This document shows positions 21,733 to 32,871 of a DNA stretch of 64,000 nucleotides, piece by piece. Under the pieces are notes generated by a model that was not told the origin of the DNA, made no database searches, and worked only from the letters and a program-made list of their open reading frames with translations. The DNA is from Nitrosopumilus sp. (GTDB taxonomy: Archaea > Thermoproteota > Nitrososphaeria > Nitrososphaerales > Nitrosopumilaceae), in NCBI GenBank assembly GCA_965203315.1, contig CBDBCE010000005.1, positions 24,660 to 88,659 on the forward strand, in the 5' to 3' direction. Position numbers and translations under genes: made by a program. Positions within the stretch are counted from its first letter, which is position 1. Each line of letters begins with the position of its first letter.

Positions 21733-22124
21733 GCACTCTATGTGTAAATTATTGATTATATTAACGCAACAGTAAGGGTCTACATGTCTGATACTATCTG
21801 ACAAAACTAGAAAGAGTTCTTGACTGTTTCTGCCCAATTTCATTTATGTTGCAGACTCGTTTCGATCAGGATCGGTGGCGGATGCAGTTTTGTACCCGCT
21901 AGTGAGACAGTGCCACCGTCCACCAATCTCTATTATGTGGATGCTGATACAGTCGTGGTTGATCTTTGAATGTTGTCAATATTGTGAGCATTCATGAATT
22001 ACTGAATCTCTATACCGTTCTCACACAATTTGATTCAAACACATCTTTTGATACCATGTGGTAGGCTTTGATTCAAAGAACCAAATTTGTGACATATACA
22101 AGCTACAAATTCGATTGACTGCGC

Positions 22125-24134
22125 TTATGATACATTTGCAGCTTTAAAGCGTTCGTCATACAAAGTATCTGGATATGTCTCTGGAACTTGGATCGTATAT
22201 GGTCCCTGAGGTGCTTGAGGATTGAATGTCAGGCCGGTCTCTGCGGTAAATACGACTCGCCTGATCCGTTCATTCAGTGGAATGTCTGCATATTCATATC
22301 GTTCATTCCTAAATTTTGCCATCTTTGGAGTGGTCATAATAGTCCTGCCAGAAGAGTCACTGACATAGTTGAGTGCATCGGTATCATAATATGTGCTACT
22401 ACGTCTAATCGCTATCTCTGAAGTAATGTCGGACTCTCTTAATATTGGTAGTATGTAGTTGATGGTCTCTGGTGACATTCTATGAATAACTTGACCTGTA
22501 ACTCTACTTGTGGTAATCTCAACTGGTGTTGTACTGTATATGCCCTTGTATCTGATACTTGGAAATCCACAAAACATCTCTACTCGTTCCTCTTTAAATC
22601 CCCAAACACGCCTTCCAATCACAGACTCTGATTGTTCCTGATCCGAGTCTGCAATACTCTGCAAGATATCGATCAAATTATCGTTCTGAACATACCACAT
22701 CTTGCGTTTGGCATCGTACCAACAGTTGTTATAGATATGTTGCTGCTCTATGTAATCTGGTGCTACAAAGTTTGCAATTATTGTATGATTTCTGTCTCTG
22801 TTTGCCAATGTCTCTAACATGATTTTGTATTCTCTATTATTGTTGGCGTCAGAATCTGGTGTATAAACATCTGATTTTGAACTGTGATTTCTAAACCTGG
22901 CTCCACAGTCTTTGCAATAGTAAGGATTCAACTCTTTCACGAGATATTTGAACCATCCGTCGTTATACTCGTCAGTAAAGTCTTGTAGAGGATTTTTCTC
23001 GCACCATCTTTTGTACACCATCATAACTCGCTTATCATAATATCGTAATGATTCAGCTCTAATCCTGTTCACGTGTCTGATAATATCTCTGTCTGATTGT
23101 CTACTCTGCCGTCTGTGAAATTTGATTCTTGTGTCCTTCTTGTGATGTTCTATAGGTATGTGTAAATGTTTATGCATTCCAGTCTCGTGTATGATATTAT
23201 CGTACAAACGTCCAAATCTTGTAGCAAATATCCTCTGTTGAATCTCTTCATCTGTCATGGACGCAATCCATTCCGCATCATGGTCTCCTTCTAATACACA
23301 TGCTAGCTCCAACCCTTTCTCTTTACCTGTAAACTCTGGACACAAATGCCCAAAATCCATTTTACACATGCATGAAAGATGATAATCTAGTTGCTCATGA
23401 TATTCATCTTGGAGAAATATGTCGGAAACAACTGACTGTACTGGGCTTTCATTCAAACTAAAGAATTTATCATCAAAGTCATACAATCTCGCAAATCCCA
23501 TCGTAATCTCTAGATGCCCATCCTCTTGTTCCGTTTGGTCTGACATAATTAGATCGGATGAGAATATCGGATCATAAAGCGACGACACATCGTGCTCCCA
23601 GATTATTCTGATGGTTTTTCTACCCACCTCTTTGACGTGTTGTATCTGTTCATGATACATGTTCATCGATATTCCGTTCTCTGTCTCGTGAATGATTCTC
23701 AAATCTGTTATGTACAGTATTCCGTTGTTGTCGTTTAAAGAGACGTTGTGACGTACCTCTACGATCCTTTCATCTGATCTGATATATGCTAGACCTACCA
23801 TATTGCTTTGTAATATCTCTAGATTTGTAAATTTATCAACTAGCGCGTGGCACAACTTTAAAGGTGTCATCTTGAGTCTGTCTAGTTTGTACACTAGTTT
23901 ATTTGGTGTAAATGGATGTGGCTCTTTCTCTGTAATATAATATATGCATATACTAGTCTCCTCGATTGGCATAATTGCTAGAATATCATGTACAGGTATG
24001 GTGTGCAAGACTCTTTCAGAGTTGTATACTTTGACTCCTTTATCACTGATCTCTATTTTTTCATCTACGTCTGATATATCTAAAATATATTTATCGTCCA
24101 TCTTGCCCATTATGACAATTGTATTATATTGCAT
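22125..24134 (-). CDS. Hypothetical 669-aa protein with possible N-terminal PH-like domains
   Basis: Long ORF; GILYITDLRIIH...IQHVKE resembles a bacterial PH/GRAM strand pattern. Confidence 0.7.
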   Translation of the reverse strand: MQYNTIVIMGKMDDKYILDISDVDEKIEISDKGVKVYNSERVLHTIPVHDILAIMPIEETSICIYYITEKEPHPFTPNKLVYKLDRLKMTPLKLCHALVDKFTNLEILQSNMVGLAYIRSDERIVEVRHNVSLNDNNGILYITDLRIIHETENGISMNMYHEQIQHVKEVGRKTIRIIWEHDVSSLYDPIFSSDLIMSDQTEQEDGHLEITMGFARLYDFDDKFFSLNESPVQSVVSDIFLQDEYHEQLDYHLSCMCKMDFGHLCPEFTGKEKGLELACVLEGDHDAEWIASMTDEEIQQRIFATRFGRLYDNIIHETGMHKHLHIPIEHHKKDTRIKFHRRQSRQSDRDIIRHVNRIRAESLRYYDKRVMMVYKRWCEKNPLQDFTDEYNDGWFKYLVKELNPYYCKDCGARFRNHSSKSDVYTPDSDANNNREYKIMLETLANRDRNHTIIANFVAPDYIEQQHIYNNCWYDAKRKMWYVQNDNLIDILQSIADSDQEQSESVIGRRVWGFKEERVEMFCGFPSIRYKGIYSTTPVEITTSRVTGQVIHRMSPETINYILPILRESDITSEIAIRRSSTYYDTDALNYVSDSSGRTIMTTPKMAKFRNERYEYADIPLNERIRRVVFTAETGLTFNPQAPQGPYTIQVPETYPDTLYDERFKAANVS

Positions 24135-24151
24135 TTTTAAATATGCTGATT

Positions 24152-24258
24152 GGGTTTTTCGATTTACCAGTGATGGTGTTTCGACAGGTTTTTCCTAAAA
24201 TGTTATTCTCATGGTATTTTTCTGTAAAAATTTACTCTCACGTAAATCGAAGATATCT
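24152..24258. mobile_element. Degenerate MITE, family A
   Basis: GGGTTTTTCGATTTAC...GTAAATCGAAGATATCT ends. Confidence 0.6.
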
Positions 24259-24298
24259 TTGCACATATTGTGTATATGACAGATCATAATTGTGTAAC

Positions 24299-24610
24299 TC
24301 AAAAGTCTTTTGGAATATGTTTGTTCTCTTTTAACCACTCGACTTGAGGTATCGTAAACCTCCAAACTATATCGCCTTGCTCTTTCTCGTTAAAGTCCCA
24401 CGGTGCTATTATGACAATATCATTGTCACGGATCCATACTCGACGCTTCAACTTGCCACGTATGCGACCACGACGTGTGATGTTGTCTGCACATTTTATC
24501 AGCACATTCTCGCCCCCAAGTATCTTTATGACACGACCAAACAGTTCACCCTCTTCTGGTAATCTGATCTCTTTTAATGCACTCTCACTCTTGACTTGAC
24601 GTTTACCCAT
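24299..24610 (-). CDS. eif1a: Translation initiation factor aIF-1A
   Basis: RGRIRGKLKRRVWIRDNDIVIIAPWDF. Confidence 0.95.
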   Translation of the reverse strand: MGKRQVKSESALKEIRLPEEGELFGRVIKILGGENVLIKCADNITRRGRIRGKLKRRVWIRDNDIVIIAPWDFNEKEQGDIVWRFTIPQVEWLKENKHIPKDF

Positions 24611-24759
24611 GATGGCAGTTAGACGCTTTATCATATAACTTGTGGGTTTCTTGTTCTGAATTTGGTGTACTCACACCTTTGGGATTTGTACAAGAATGCA
24701 TCTCTGCTGTATATTGGAACTTGCAGAATACATTTTAGAACGATCTTGTTACAAGACAT

Positions 24760-25320
24760 ATGAAGTTTAAGTGTGTTGACGAGTGTGCCGAGTGTTGCAT
24801 AGATAGGAGATACTATCCAGAGATTAGGTTTGGAAAGATAGGTGTGATCCTACTAGGTGACGAGAAGATCAAGATAGAACATCTTGCAAGAGAACATGGT
24901 ATCGATGTCAATATCTTGCCCAGGATCGGTATATCTGATGATATCGACAAGACTCCTGAGACTCTCGCATATCAACTGATGGGTAAAGACAAGGATGGAG
25001 ATCTCTGCCCATTTCTCGATAAAGACAAGCGTTCGCCACACGGTGGGTTCGCATGTACAATATACAATGACAGGCCACTCGCATGTCGTGCATATCCGTT
25101 GATAGAGTCTGATCCGATAGAGTTGGACCGAGAGTGCAAATTTTGTAAAGAATGTGGTGTTCCAGATAGAGACCTAGATTCAGAGATCGAGTCGTTGTTA
25201 AAGATCAAGTCTGCGATGCACACTCATGCTCTATACATATGGCGTTTTGCTACAGGTATCGGTGAGGACAAGCATCGGGACCACTTTGAGCATGGTTGGA
25301 TCCTAGATACTAGGGATTGA
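24760..25320 (+). CDS. YkgJ/UPF0153 family Cys-cluster protein
   Basis: C..CAECC, CPFL, CTIYNDRPLACRAYP. Confidence 0.88.
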   Translation: MKFKCVDECAECCIDRRYYPEIRFGKIGVILLGDEKIKIEHLAREHGIDVNILPRIGISDDIDKTPETLAYQLMGKDKDGDLCPFLDKDKRSPHGGFACTIYNDRPLACRAYPLIESDPIELDRECKFCKECGVPDRDLDSEIESLLKIKSAMHTHALYIWRFATGIGEDKHRDHFEHGWILDTRD

Positions 25321-26362
25321 TTACCGCACGACCTATGATTCGTCTCTCTTTGAGATCATTCAATGCAGTATTTGCATCATCTAACGAGTAGTGTTTAGAT
25401 ATCACGGGATTTATCGTTCCTTTTCTTGCAAGTGACATCAACTCTACCATGTCATCATAGCTTCCAGTATATGCCCCTTGTACAACTAGGGACTTTAGCG
25501 GAATAGTAACCAATGATATATCTAGAGAGCCGCCAAAGAGTCCAACCAACGTTAGCACTCCTCTCTTACGCAGTATGGCAAGACCTAGTTTGGCTGTAGG
25601 CGGAGCATTGACAAAGTCGACCACACTATCGGCACCCTTTCCGTCACAAATATCTATGATCTTTTGTGCTGTGTCATCTTGTTTAGAGTTTACTGTGTGA
25701 TCCGCTCCCATCTCTCTTGCTGTGTCTAGTTTCTTGTCGTCTAGATCAACACATACTATCTTGGCATCTGTTATAGCTCGTGCTATCTGTACTCCCATCA
25801 ATCCAAGACCTCCTGCACCTATGATTATCAAGTATCTTGGATTGTTGTTTATGGATCTCTTGATTGCGTTATATGCAGTAAGACCAGAACAAGCAAGCGA
25901 TGTTGCAGCATCTGGATCAATTCCATCTAGCTTTACTACATATCTTGAATCCGGTATAATGACGTAATCTGAATATCCACCATCTGTAAAGACGCCCATG
26001 GAACGAGGAGAATCACACAGGTTCTCATTATTTGATATACATGCAGGACAGTCTCTACAACCTATCCATGGATACACTAGAATCTTGTCTCCAATATTTA
26101 CATCTGATACTAGTGGTCCCACAGCTGAGACTGTTCCAACTATCTCATGTCCTGGTGTTATAGGATACTTTACCCCTCGATCTGTAACCTTCATGAATTG
26201 ACCATCGCCTAGGTCATAGCCTCCCTCCCAGAGGTGTAGATCACTATGACACACTCCTACAGACTCTACTTGTACGAGAACTTGGGTTGACTCTGGACTG
26301 GGAGTCTGTGTTTCGTGTATGACTAGTGGTTCTTTGGGATTTGCTATTTGCGCAGATCTCAT
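25310..26362 (-). CDS. adh: Zn-dependent alcohol dehydrogenase
   Basis: GVCHSDLH, GHE, C..C..C.......C, GAGGLG. Confidence 0.92.
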   Translation of the reverse strand: MRSAQIANPKEPLVIHETQTPSPESTQVLVQVESVGVCHSDLHLWEGGYDLGDGQFMKVTDRGVKYPITPGHEIVGTVSAVGPLVSDVNIGDKILVYPWIGCRDCPACISNNENLCDSPRSMGVFTDGGYSDYVIIPDSRYVVKLDGIDPDAATSLACSGLTAYNAIKRSINNNPRYLIIIGAGGLGLMGVQIARAITDAKIVCVDLDDKKLDTAREMGADHTVNSKQDDTAQKIIDICDGKGADSVVDFVNAPPTAKLGLAILRKRGVLTLVGLFGGSLDISLVTIPLKSLVVQGAYTGSYDDMVELMSLARKGTINPVISKHYSLDDANTALNDLKERRIIGRAVINP

Positions 26363-26436
26363 TTGGAATGATTCTGCATATTTAACAATATAAGAGTTGA
26401 CTAAAAGTCGAAAAAGAGTAGAGTTATTAGATATTA

Positions 26437-27129
26437 TTGAGTAGAGTCCTAGCAAAAGCTATGGAATCTGCAAGAATATCTGACGAGCCGGTCAGTATTC
26501 TATTCAACACATCTGTAGTTGCTAAACGAGATGTCTGGAGTATAGATCTGATAAAGATACTCGATCTCTTGATGGACATATTGGCCAAGACTGGACATAC
26601 CGATCTAAAGGTTGCAGGAATGGCTGCACTCTCATCCTCGTTGATATATCATATGAAGGTTGAGAGCATCTTTGCACTACAACGAGCCGTGGCAGAAAAG
26701 AGACCCATACCACAACGTGTAGATGTTGATATTGATATTATAGACATGCCGTATAGACACGAGTCGACCTTTCCTGTATCGCTTGATGATCTGTTGGAGA
26801 TGCTGCAAGACCTGATAGGCATGATGGCTAATCCACGTTCACACAGAAAGGCGATGATAGAGCCTGTCGAGAGCCCAAACTTTGACGAGTATTTTGTCAA
26901 AGTCGAGGATTTTATTGCAAAGTATCAAGATCTGATCATGAGCAAGATTGAAAGGTTGGGATCTGGAACTCTGCACGAGATCATTCAGGATCTCGATTCT
27001 ATAGACTCTATTCGTTGTTTCTTTGCAATCTTGTTTCTTGCAAGGGATCAGCGTGTCGATCTAGAACAGGATGGCGATGATATAAAGATCATTATGGTAA
27101 AGGATGATGCACTTGGTACAGAAAGTTGA
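26437..27129 (+). CDS. scpA: Segregation/condensation kleisin ScpA
   Basis: DVWSIDL, FFAILFLARDQRVDLEQ; adjacent to scpB. Confidence 0.85.
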   Translation: MSRVLAKAMESARISDEPVSILFNTSVVAKRDVWSIDLIKILDLLMDILAKTGHTDLKVAGMAALSSSLIYHMKVESIFALQRAVAEKRPIPQRVDVDIDIIDMPYRHESTFPVSLDDLLEMLQDLIGMMANPRSHRKAMIEPVESPNFDEYFVKVEDFIAKYQDLIMSKIERLGSGTLHEIIQDLDSIDSIRCFFAILFLARDQRVDLEQDGDDIKIIMVKDDALGTES

Positions 27130-27133
27130 AGAT

Positions 27134-27655
27134 ATGGCAGATGCGAGAGGGAGGATAGAGGCTGCACTATACTCGTCTGGAAGACCACTAAGTATACAAG
27201 ATCTGATAAAGGCATCTGGGACAGAGTCACGTCCAAAGACCCTCGAACTGATCGATACTGTAATAAAGAGAACCAAGACTGCTTTCAAAGCAATAGAGAT
27301 TGTATCACTTCCTGATGGTTCGTACGTCTTTCAGTTAAAGCCCGAGTACAGCAATACGATAAAGCGATATGCATCAAAGCCTCTTCTATCGAAGGCTACA
27401 CAAAAGACGCTATCGTATATTGCATATGAACAACCAATATCATCAAAACGATTGGTCGAGACACGTGGTACAGGTGTGTATGCTCATCTCAAAGAGCTAC
27501 GACAGCTAGACTATATCTCACATCAGAACGTTGGGCGACTAAAGATATACTCCACGACACCCAAATTTCAAAAGTACTTTGGAATTCAAGGTGATCCTGA
27601 CGAGTTGAGAAAACAACTCTTTGCAAAGTTTAGACAAAAAAAGACCAAGCTTTAA
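27134..27655 (+). CDS. scpB: Segregation/condensation protein ScpB
   Basis: IEAALYSSGRPL, TLSYIAYEQPI, YSTTPKFQKYFG. Confidence 0.92.
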   Translation: MADARGRIEAALYSSGRPLSIQDLIKASGTESRPKTLELIDTVIKRTKTAFKAIEIVSLPDGSYVFQLKPEYSNTIKRYASKPLLSKATQKTLSYIAYEQPISSKRLVETRGTGVYAHLKELRQLDYISHQNVGRLKIYSTTPKFQKYFGIQGDPDELRKQLFAKFRQKKTKL

Positions 27656-27898
27656 AGCTGTGGCATCGTAGATGTAATGTTTGTTTGTTCATCTTGAATA
27701 ATAGATATCATCTTGAACTATTTGGTTATTGTTTGGACATCCTATTGAGTGACAAAAAGCTATGCATTATATGTAAATCATACACTCTACTAGAATCAAC
27801 ATTTATACCTTTTTGGATCACTTTCTTTGATCTCACTAGTTGCAGCCTATTGCAAAACTGATCTTGATACTTTGATATTCTCTAGAGAAAAGTACGTT

Positions 27899-27944
27899 GT
27901 CTAGTTGTTGTGTCTAGTTGTTGTGTCTAGTTGTTGTGTCTAGT
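27899..27944. repeat. 13-bp tandem repeat (GTCTAGTTGTTGT) x3.5
   Basis: Seen directly between convergent genes; followed by an inverted partial copy AACAACTAG. Confidence 0.85.
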
Positions 27945-28000
27945 AACAACTAGTCACTGATCTAACATAATTATCATATACATCATATACGTCATATGGA

Positions 28001-28564
28001 TCATATGTTTTGCACTTTGATTGTACGATCTTGTGTTACGATCCATCTTACTGGTATGTCGTCTGCTCTCTTTGGTATGTGTCTAATGATCTGTTTCTCA
28101 AGTACTAGTGATATCGTCTCTATGTTGTATTTAGCTAGATATCTATCATAAAATCCATGACCGTATCCTAGTCTGATCCCTTTTGGAGATACTGCAACCG
28201 TTGGTACTAGTATGATATCTAGGTTATTGTCTGACAAGCAACTATCTTTTGGTTCCATTATTCCAAATTGACCCATCTCTAAACTTGCAACGCCATCAAT
28301 CTCTCTAAACTCTATCATGTCTGATACAATCTTTGGTAGATAGACTTTTGATTCAGAACTAGAGATATTCTGGATGATATCCCTAGTTGGAATCTCACTT
28401 CCAATAGAATAGTACAGTCCAATCTTTTTAGCAGATGCAAAACTATCTATCTTGCATAGTCGTTTATGAATCTCTCTAGCCGCTATCTCTAACATGTCGC
28501 CTGATGTATTGTCTCGTTGATTCAATAGACGTCTACGTAACGACTCTCTCTCATGATTGTACAA
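28001..28564 (-). CDS. 5-formyltetrahydrofolate cyclo-ligase
   Basis: FGIMEP, DIILVP, RLGYGHGFYDRYL. Confidence 0.92.
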   Translation of the reverse strand: MYNHERESLRRRLLNQRDNTSGDMLEIAAREIHKRLCKIDSFASAKKIGLYYSIGSEIPTRDIIQNISSSESKVYLPKIVSDMIEFREIDGVASLEMGQFGIMEPKDSCLSDNNLDIILVPTVAVSPKGIRLGYGHGFYDRYLAKYNIETISLVLEKQIIRHIPKRADDIPVRWIVTQDRTIKVQNI

Positions 28565-29417
28565 TATGACTATTTAGTGATGCAGCTGTTATTGTATTTT
28601 TCAACAACATTGCAACTGTCATGGGTCCAACTCCGCCGGGAACAGGTGTAACGAATCTTGCTTTTGTTATGATCTCTTCATAGTCTATATCGCCTATCAG
28701 TTTACCATCGTATCTTGATATTGCAACATCTATTACAACTGCATCTTTTTGTATCATGTTTGATTTTAAAACAAACTTTGATCTATTGCCTACAGCTGTG
28801 ATAATGATATCAGCTGTCTTGCATATCATATCTAGGTCCCTTGTCTTGGAGTGGCAAATAGTAACTGTCGCATCTCTCTGTACTAGTAAGTGGTATAGCG
28901 GTATTCCTACCAGCCGACTTCTGTTGACGAGTACAACATGTCTGCCGGATAACTCTATACCATAATAGTCTAACATCTCGATCACCGCTAGTGGAGTACA
29001 CGCAATCAATGCTGCCTTTCCTGCTGCAAGCAGACCTACATTGTACGGAGTCAGTCCGTCAACATCCTTTAACGGTGATATCTTTAGTAGTGTGTTGTAT
29101 TCATCTAGGTGATCCGGTAGAGGTAACTGCAACAAGATTCCATGTACCAGAGTATTAGAGTTCAGTTCTTGGATCAGATCATCTATCTCACTCTGAGTTG
29201 TATTTGCAGCTAGAGTATGATCTTGGGTTGTTATGCCTACCTCTGCACAAGCCTTGTGTTTATTTCTGACATATGTGGCCGAAGCCTGATCGTCTCCTAC
29301 TAGGATGGTAGCAAGACATGGTATGATGCCTTGTCTCCTCTGTTCCACCACTGCCATCTTTACTCTATCCTTTACAGATTGTGCAACCTTTACTCCATCC
29401 ATCCTTGTACCTGTCAT
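28551..29417 (-). CDS. folD: Bifunctional methylene-THF dehydrogenase/cyclohydrolase
   Basis: YVRNK, HGILLQLPLP, KDVDG, TPVPGGVGPMTVAML. Confidence 0.95.
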   Translation of the reverse strand: MTGTRMDGVKVAQSVKDRVKMAVVEQRRQGIIPCLATILVGDDQASATYVRNKHKACAEVGITTQDHTLAANTTQSEIDDLIQELNSNTLVHGILLQLPLPDHLDEYNTLLKISPLKDVDGLTPYNVGLLAAGKAALIACTPLAVIEMLDYYGIELSGRHVVLVNRSRLVGIPLYHLLVQRDATVTICHSKTRDLDMICKTADIIITAVGNRSKFVLKSNMIQKDAVVIDVAISRYDGKLIGDIDYEEIITKARFVTPVPGGVGPMTVAMLLKNTITAASLNSHIVQS

Positions 29418-29493
29418 GTATCTCAGTCTGTATTTTGCTATTTAATTCTTGGAGCAAGATCAGAGACAAGATATTGGACTCAGATATGATGTA

Positions 29494-30739
29494 CAGACAT
29501 CGCAAATGTACGTGTAAATTTTGGCATCTAGGGTGCAATCGGCTCAGGCGGAGGCTCAGGTGGGATCTCGATCAATGTTTGCACTGTTTTAAGAAACAAG
29601 CTTTGGTACATCTTGTGAGATGTGATACCTTCAACCAACAATACAAGATTGAATATAGTCCACAAGTTTAGCAACATTTGTGCAGACATGAACATGTATG
29701 TTCTACACGGTGTTGATCTACTGTGAGTTCTAACACGCATATTTCGAGTAAATTTGAATCCATTCTCAATCTCCCAACGATCGCGATATTTCTCTAGATC
29801 AATATTTGGATCATTTGTTGCAAATGCTCTATACTCTTCTGGGTCATCTCTGTCACGAGTTATTATGATGTAACATCCTGCTTGATCCTTGTTGTTCTTT
29901 ATTACATATTTTGACACTCTAACTCATTCTCCTCGTTTGTATTCCTCTATTGCTTTTTTTATGCCAGAAGTGTTTACGCATGGCATCAGATATTTGTGTC
30001 TAGTTCCATTCAAGAATTTGATCATAGCAACTGAATAAAACCCACGATCGGCAACAAACAGCGCTGGTCTTGTAGAGTTTATTTCGTAAAAATCTACAAT
30101 TTTAGGCATAAAATCAGCATTTTTTTCCCCTTTTTTGACTGAAAATGTAGATAAAACAAGTCTTGTGCCGGGGTTGACCAGCTGTGCAGAGATGTGTGTC
30201 TCAAATACAGTCGTACCATCTTTCGCTCTACCCTTAATCAGATCTGGATTATCTTTATCATATCTTGAAAAACTCGTTCTGTCTACTCCAATGATAGGAT
30301 GTCGAGGAAAGCGACCAAGCCGTTTTAGCTCTGACAGGTGTTGCGTCACGGCATACTTGAATATCTCATCTATCGGTTTCTCACACGTCTCTTCGATCCT
30401 CTTCCTAATCCATTCGCCTGTAGGTGCATAACCATCACTATCTCTGATCAATCTGGAACGATCAGCAGGAGATTTGTTTGCTACTGCCGCATCTATGATG
30501 ATCTTGAGTCCGTCCCATTTTGTGTATTTGGCATTGTGATAATTAGATACTTTGAATGGTATCTGATCCATAGCGTTTATGAAAATATATCTATAAGTAG
30601 AACGGTTTCTAGATACTGCTTGTCTCAGCGAGTCTGATTGTTTGCGCATTAGATTCCTGAGACATGCAATCCTTATTGACTTTGTTTGATCGATATTTTT
30701 GATCTTTTGGTTAAATTATAGTTACTTTTGCGATGTCTG
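29494..30739 (-). mobile_element. ISH3-like (IS4 superfamily) insertion sequence
   Basis: 17-bp TIRs CAGACATCGCAAATGTA and TACTTTTGCGATGTCTG (1 mismatch); 6-bp TSD GATGTA (29488-93 and 30740-45). Confidence 0.88.
29528..30649 (-). pseudogene. ISH3-type DDE transposase with an in-frame TGA at 29924-29926
   Basis: IGVDRT, ADRGFYS, YRDRWEIENGFK; the two ORFs share one frame and are separated by a single stop. Confidence 0.88.
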
Positions 30740-30815
30740 GATGTAGAATATTCTGACATTTGTAGTATGTCGTATAGGAACTAGATCTTTTAACGAATTG
30801 AAAATCAACACCAAG

Positions 30816-30956
30816 AGACTATGTGCGTATTATTAAGAGTGCTCATGTCCGACCATCAAACATGACCACAACGAATCAATTTGCCTCTAGAAATCACATG
30901 TGTGTTTGACTATGTCTCAAAACATGCACAAGATCTAAGAAATACGCACACAGTCT
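30816..30956. mobile_element. MITE family B (~141 bp)
   Basis: TIRs AGACTATGTGCGTATT and AATACGCACACAGTCT; 3-bp TSD AAG; homologous to 34624 and 42540. Confidence 0.88.
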
Positions 30957-31003
30957 AAGATTGCAAAATCATAAACAAATTCATCTGTTGGACAAACCAG
31001 ACA

Positions 31004-31696
31004 TCAAGAGTTGAACATCTTTGATGTTATCTCTTCATGCGACATTTGAATTATATCACACTGTGGAGCAAACTGCCACATCTCTGATATTGGTGTATCG
31101 ATGTATGTATTTATGACATCTATGATGATATCTTTGGCGCTGTGGATCATCTCTTGTCCTTTAAAGTGATCAATCAGACCTAGTCGTAGTGCAGCTGATA
31201 TCATTCCTGTAACTGCACTATACACCATACACGTCATACCTTGCTGTTTTGTCAGGCCCATTGCACATGCAGATACAGCAGACGCAACAACAAGAGTTCC
31301 ACGTGTCGTATTGTCTGATATGTGCGTATGGTATAGTCGTACATTATCGTTATCTACAAACCTTGATACACAACGAATCATTTGAGAGCCTGAACGTGTA
31401 GATGCATCTCTGATGGTCTTGGCAGTCTTTGTTGCATGTATGATATGATCGATCCGTACAATCTCGTCTAGATCACTGCGTGTCATAGCGTCATATGCGT
31501 TACCAAATCCAACGCAGTCTGTTGGACCTATCTGTTGTGCTATACAGGTACAGACGAACTCGTAAATGTCATTGTGATCTAGATGTTTTTGTGCAAGAGA
31601 CTCTAATCCATTAGAGAAGGTAAATGAACCAATAGGAAATAACGAGTCTGATATCTGTAACATTCCTAGAAATTGTTCACTAGTGTTCATGGACAT
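31004..31696 (-). CDS. ureF: Urease accessory protein UreF
   Basis: LQISDSLFPIGSFTFSNGLE; ISAALRLG; C-terminal HE...SKMFNS. Confidence 0.92.
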   Translation of the reverse strand: MSMNTSEQFLGMLQISDSLFPIGSFTFSNGLESLAQKHLDHNDIYEFVCTCIAQQIGPTDCVGFGNAYDAMTRSDLDEIVRIDHIIHATKTAKTIRDASTRSGSQMIRCVSRFVDNDNVRLYHTHISDNTTRGTLVVASAVSACAMGLTKQQGMTCMVYSAVTGMISAALRLGLIDHFKGQEMIHSAKDIIIDVINTYIDTPISEMWQFAPQCDIIQMSHEEITSKMFNS

Positions 31697-32135
31697 CTGC
31701 TGCCTCTTCTGGAATAAAGACTTGTTTACGTATCTCTATGCTGCATATCGTGTCACCAAGTAATCTCGTAAACAACTCTAACTCTATGTCTGCATGTATC
31801 GGAAATATTATCTCGTTATCTAGAATCGCTATCGGTCTATGTCGATTTCCAATGATGTGTCCCAAGAGCGTCAGTGTCTGTAGTTTATGATCATGTGGTT
31901 TAACAACTGCAACCTTTTCAGGAGTCTGATATATCACAATATTGGTATCATTGTCTTGCATGATATCACCATGTTTCAGTCTGATCCCTGAATCTAGATT
32001 CAGACCGACATCTGTACCTTTATCGGTTTGAAGTCGCATCACACGTCGCTGCATCTCTGTTCTACTGATACTTACTTGCTCGTGAATACTGATATCATCG
32101 ACAAATACATTTCCTATGCGTCTAGGTCGTATCAT
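31680..32135 (-). CDS. ureE: Urease accessory protein UreE
   Basis: RLQTDKGTDVGL, LKHGD, GHIIGNRH. Confidence 0.9.
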   Translation of the reverse strand: MIRPRRIGNVFVDDISIHEQVSISRTEMQRRVMRLQTDKGTDVGLNLDSGIRLKHGDIMQDNDTNIVIYQTPEKVAVVKPHDHKLQTLTLLGHIIGNRHRPIAILDNEIIFPIHADIELELFTRLLGDTICSIEIRKQVFIPEEAADVHEH

Positions 32136-32202
32136 GTGTATACAAATCTAGTTATTCTTTTTAATTATTAAATAGCATCAACATCTAATACATTATACAT
32201 TG

Positions 32203-32502
32203 ATGCTAACACCACGAGAGATAGATAAACTACAAATCTTTGTTACTGCAGAACTCGCTCGCAGAAGACAGGGTCGTGGTTTGAAACTTAATCATCCAGA
32301 GGCGATATCGATACTCGCTGATCATATTTTAGAAGGAGCTAGAGATGGCAAGACAGTTGCCGATCTGATGAGTTCTGGAAGACATGTCTTGACAAGAGAT
32401 GATGTCTTGGAAGGAGTTCCAGAACTGATTCATAGCATTCAAGTCGAGGCAACGTTCAATGACGGGACCAAACTAGTGACGGTTCATGATCCAATTGTGT
32501 GA
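32203..32502 (+). CDS. ureA: Urease gamma subunit
   Basis: [38 protein letters not shown]. Confidence 0.97.
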   Translation: MLTPREIDKLQIFVTAELARRRQGRGLKLNHPEAISILADHILEGARDGKTVADLMSSGRHVLTRDDVLEGVPELIHSIQVEATFNDGTKLVTVHDPIV

Positions 32503-32508
32503 TGCGTT

Positions 32509-32871
32509 ATGATTCCGGGCCAATACTATATCTCTGATGAACCGATAATAGCCAATCGTGGCCGGAACACCAAAGAGATATCTGTACAAAACACCGGTGA
32601 TCGACCTATCCAAGTCGGTTCTCACACTCACTTTTTTGAAGCAAATAGAGCACTAGAGTTTGTGCGTAGAGAAGCGTATGGGTATCACTTGAATATTCCT
32701 TCGGGGACATCTGTACGATTCGAGCCAGGTGGTACAAAGAGAGTACAACTAGTAGAGTTTGGTGGCAAGCGGATAGTGTATGGTTTCTCTGGTCTAGTGA
32801 ACGGTGAACTAGATGCCATGTATGACACAGCACTACAACGTGCCGCAGAGAGGGGGTTTAAAGGAGCATGA
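32509..32871 (+). CDS. ureB: Urease beta subunit
   Basis: [28 protein letters not shown]. Confidence 0.97.
   Translation: MIPGQYYISDEPIIANRGRNTKEISVQNTGDRPIQVGSHTHFFEANRALEFVRREAYGYHLNIPSGTSVRFEPGGTKRVQLVEFGGKRIVYGFSGLVNGELDAMYDTALQRAAERGFKGA

Noticed and set aside
19680-24300. Integrated element at tRNA-Tyr
   Set aside because: No integrase and no duplicated tRNA 3' end found; the core gene csp follows within 2 kb.
29924-29926. Selenocysteine or readthrough at the in-frame TGA of the ISH3 transposase
   Set aside because: A single nonsense mutation (e.g. CGA to TGA) is simpler; not a redox Cys context.
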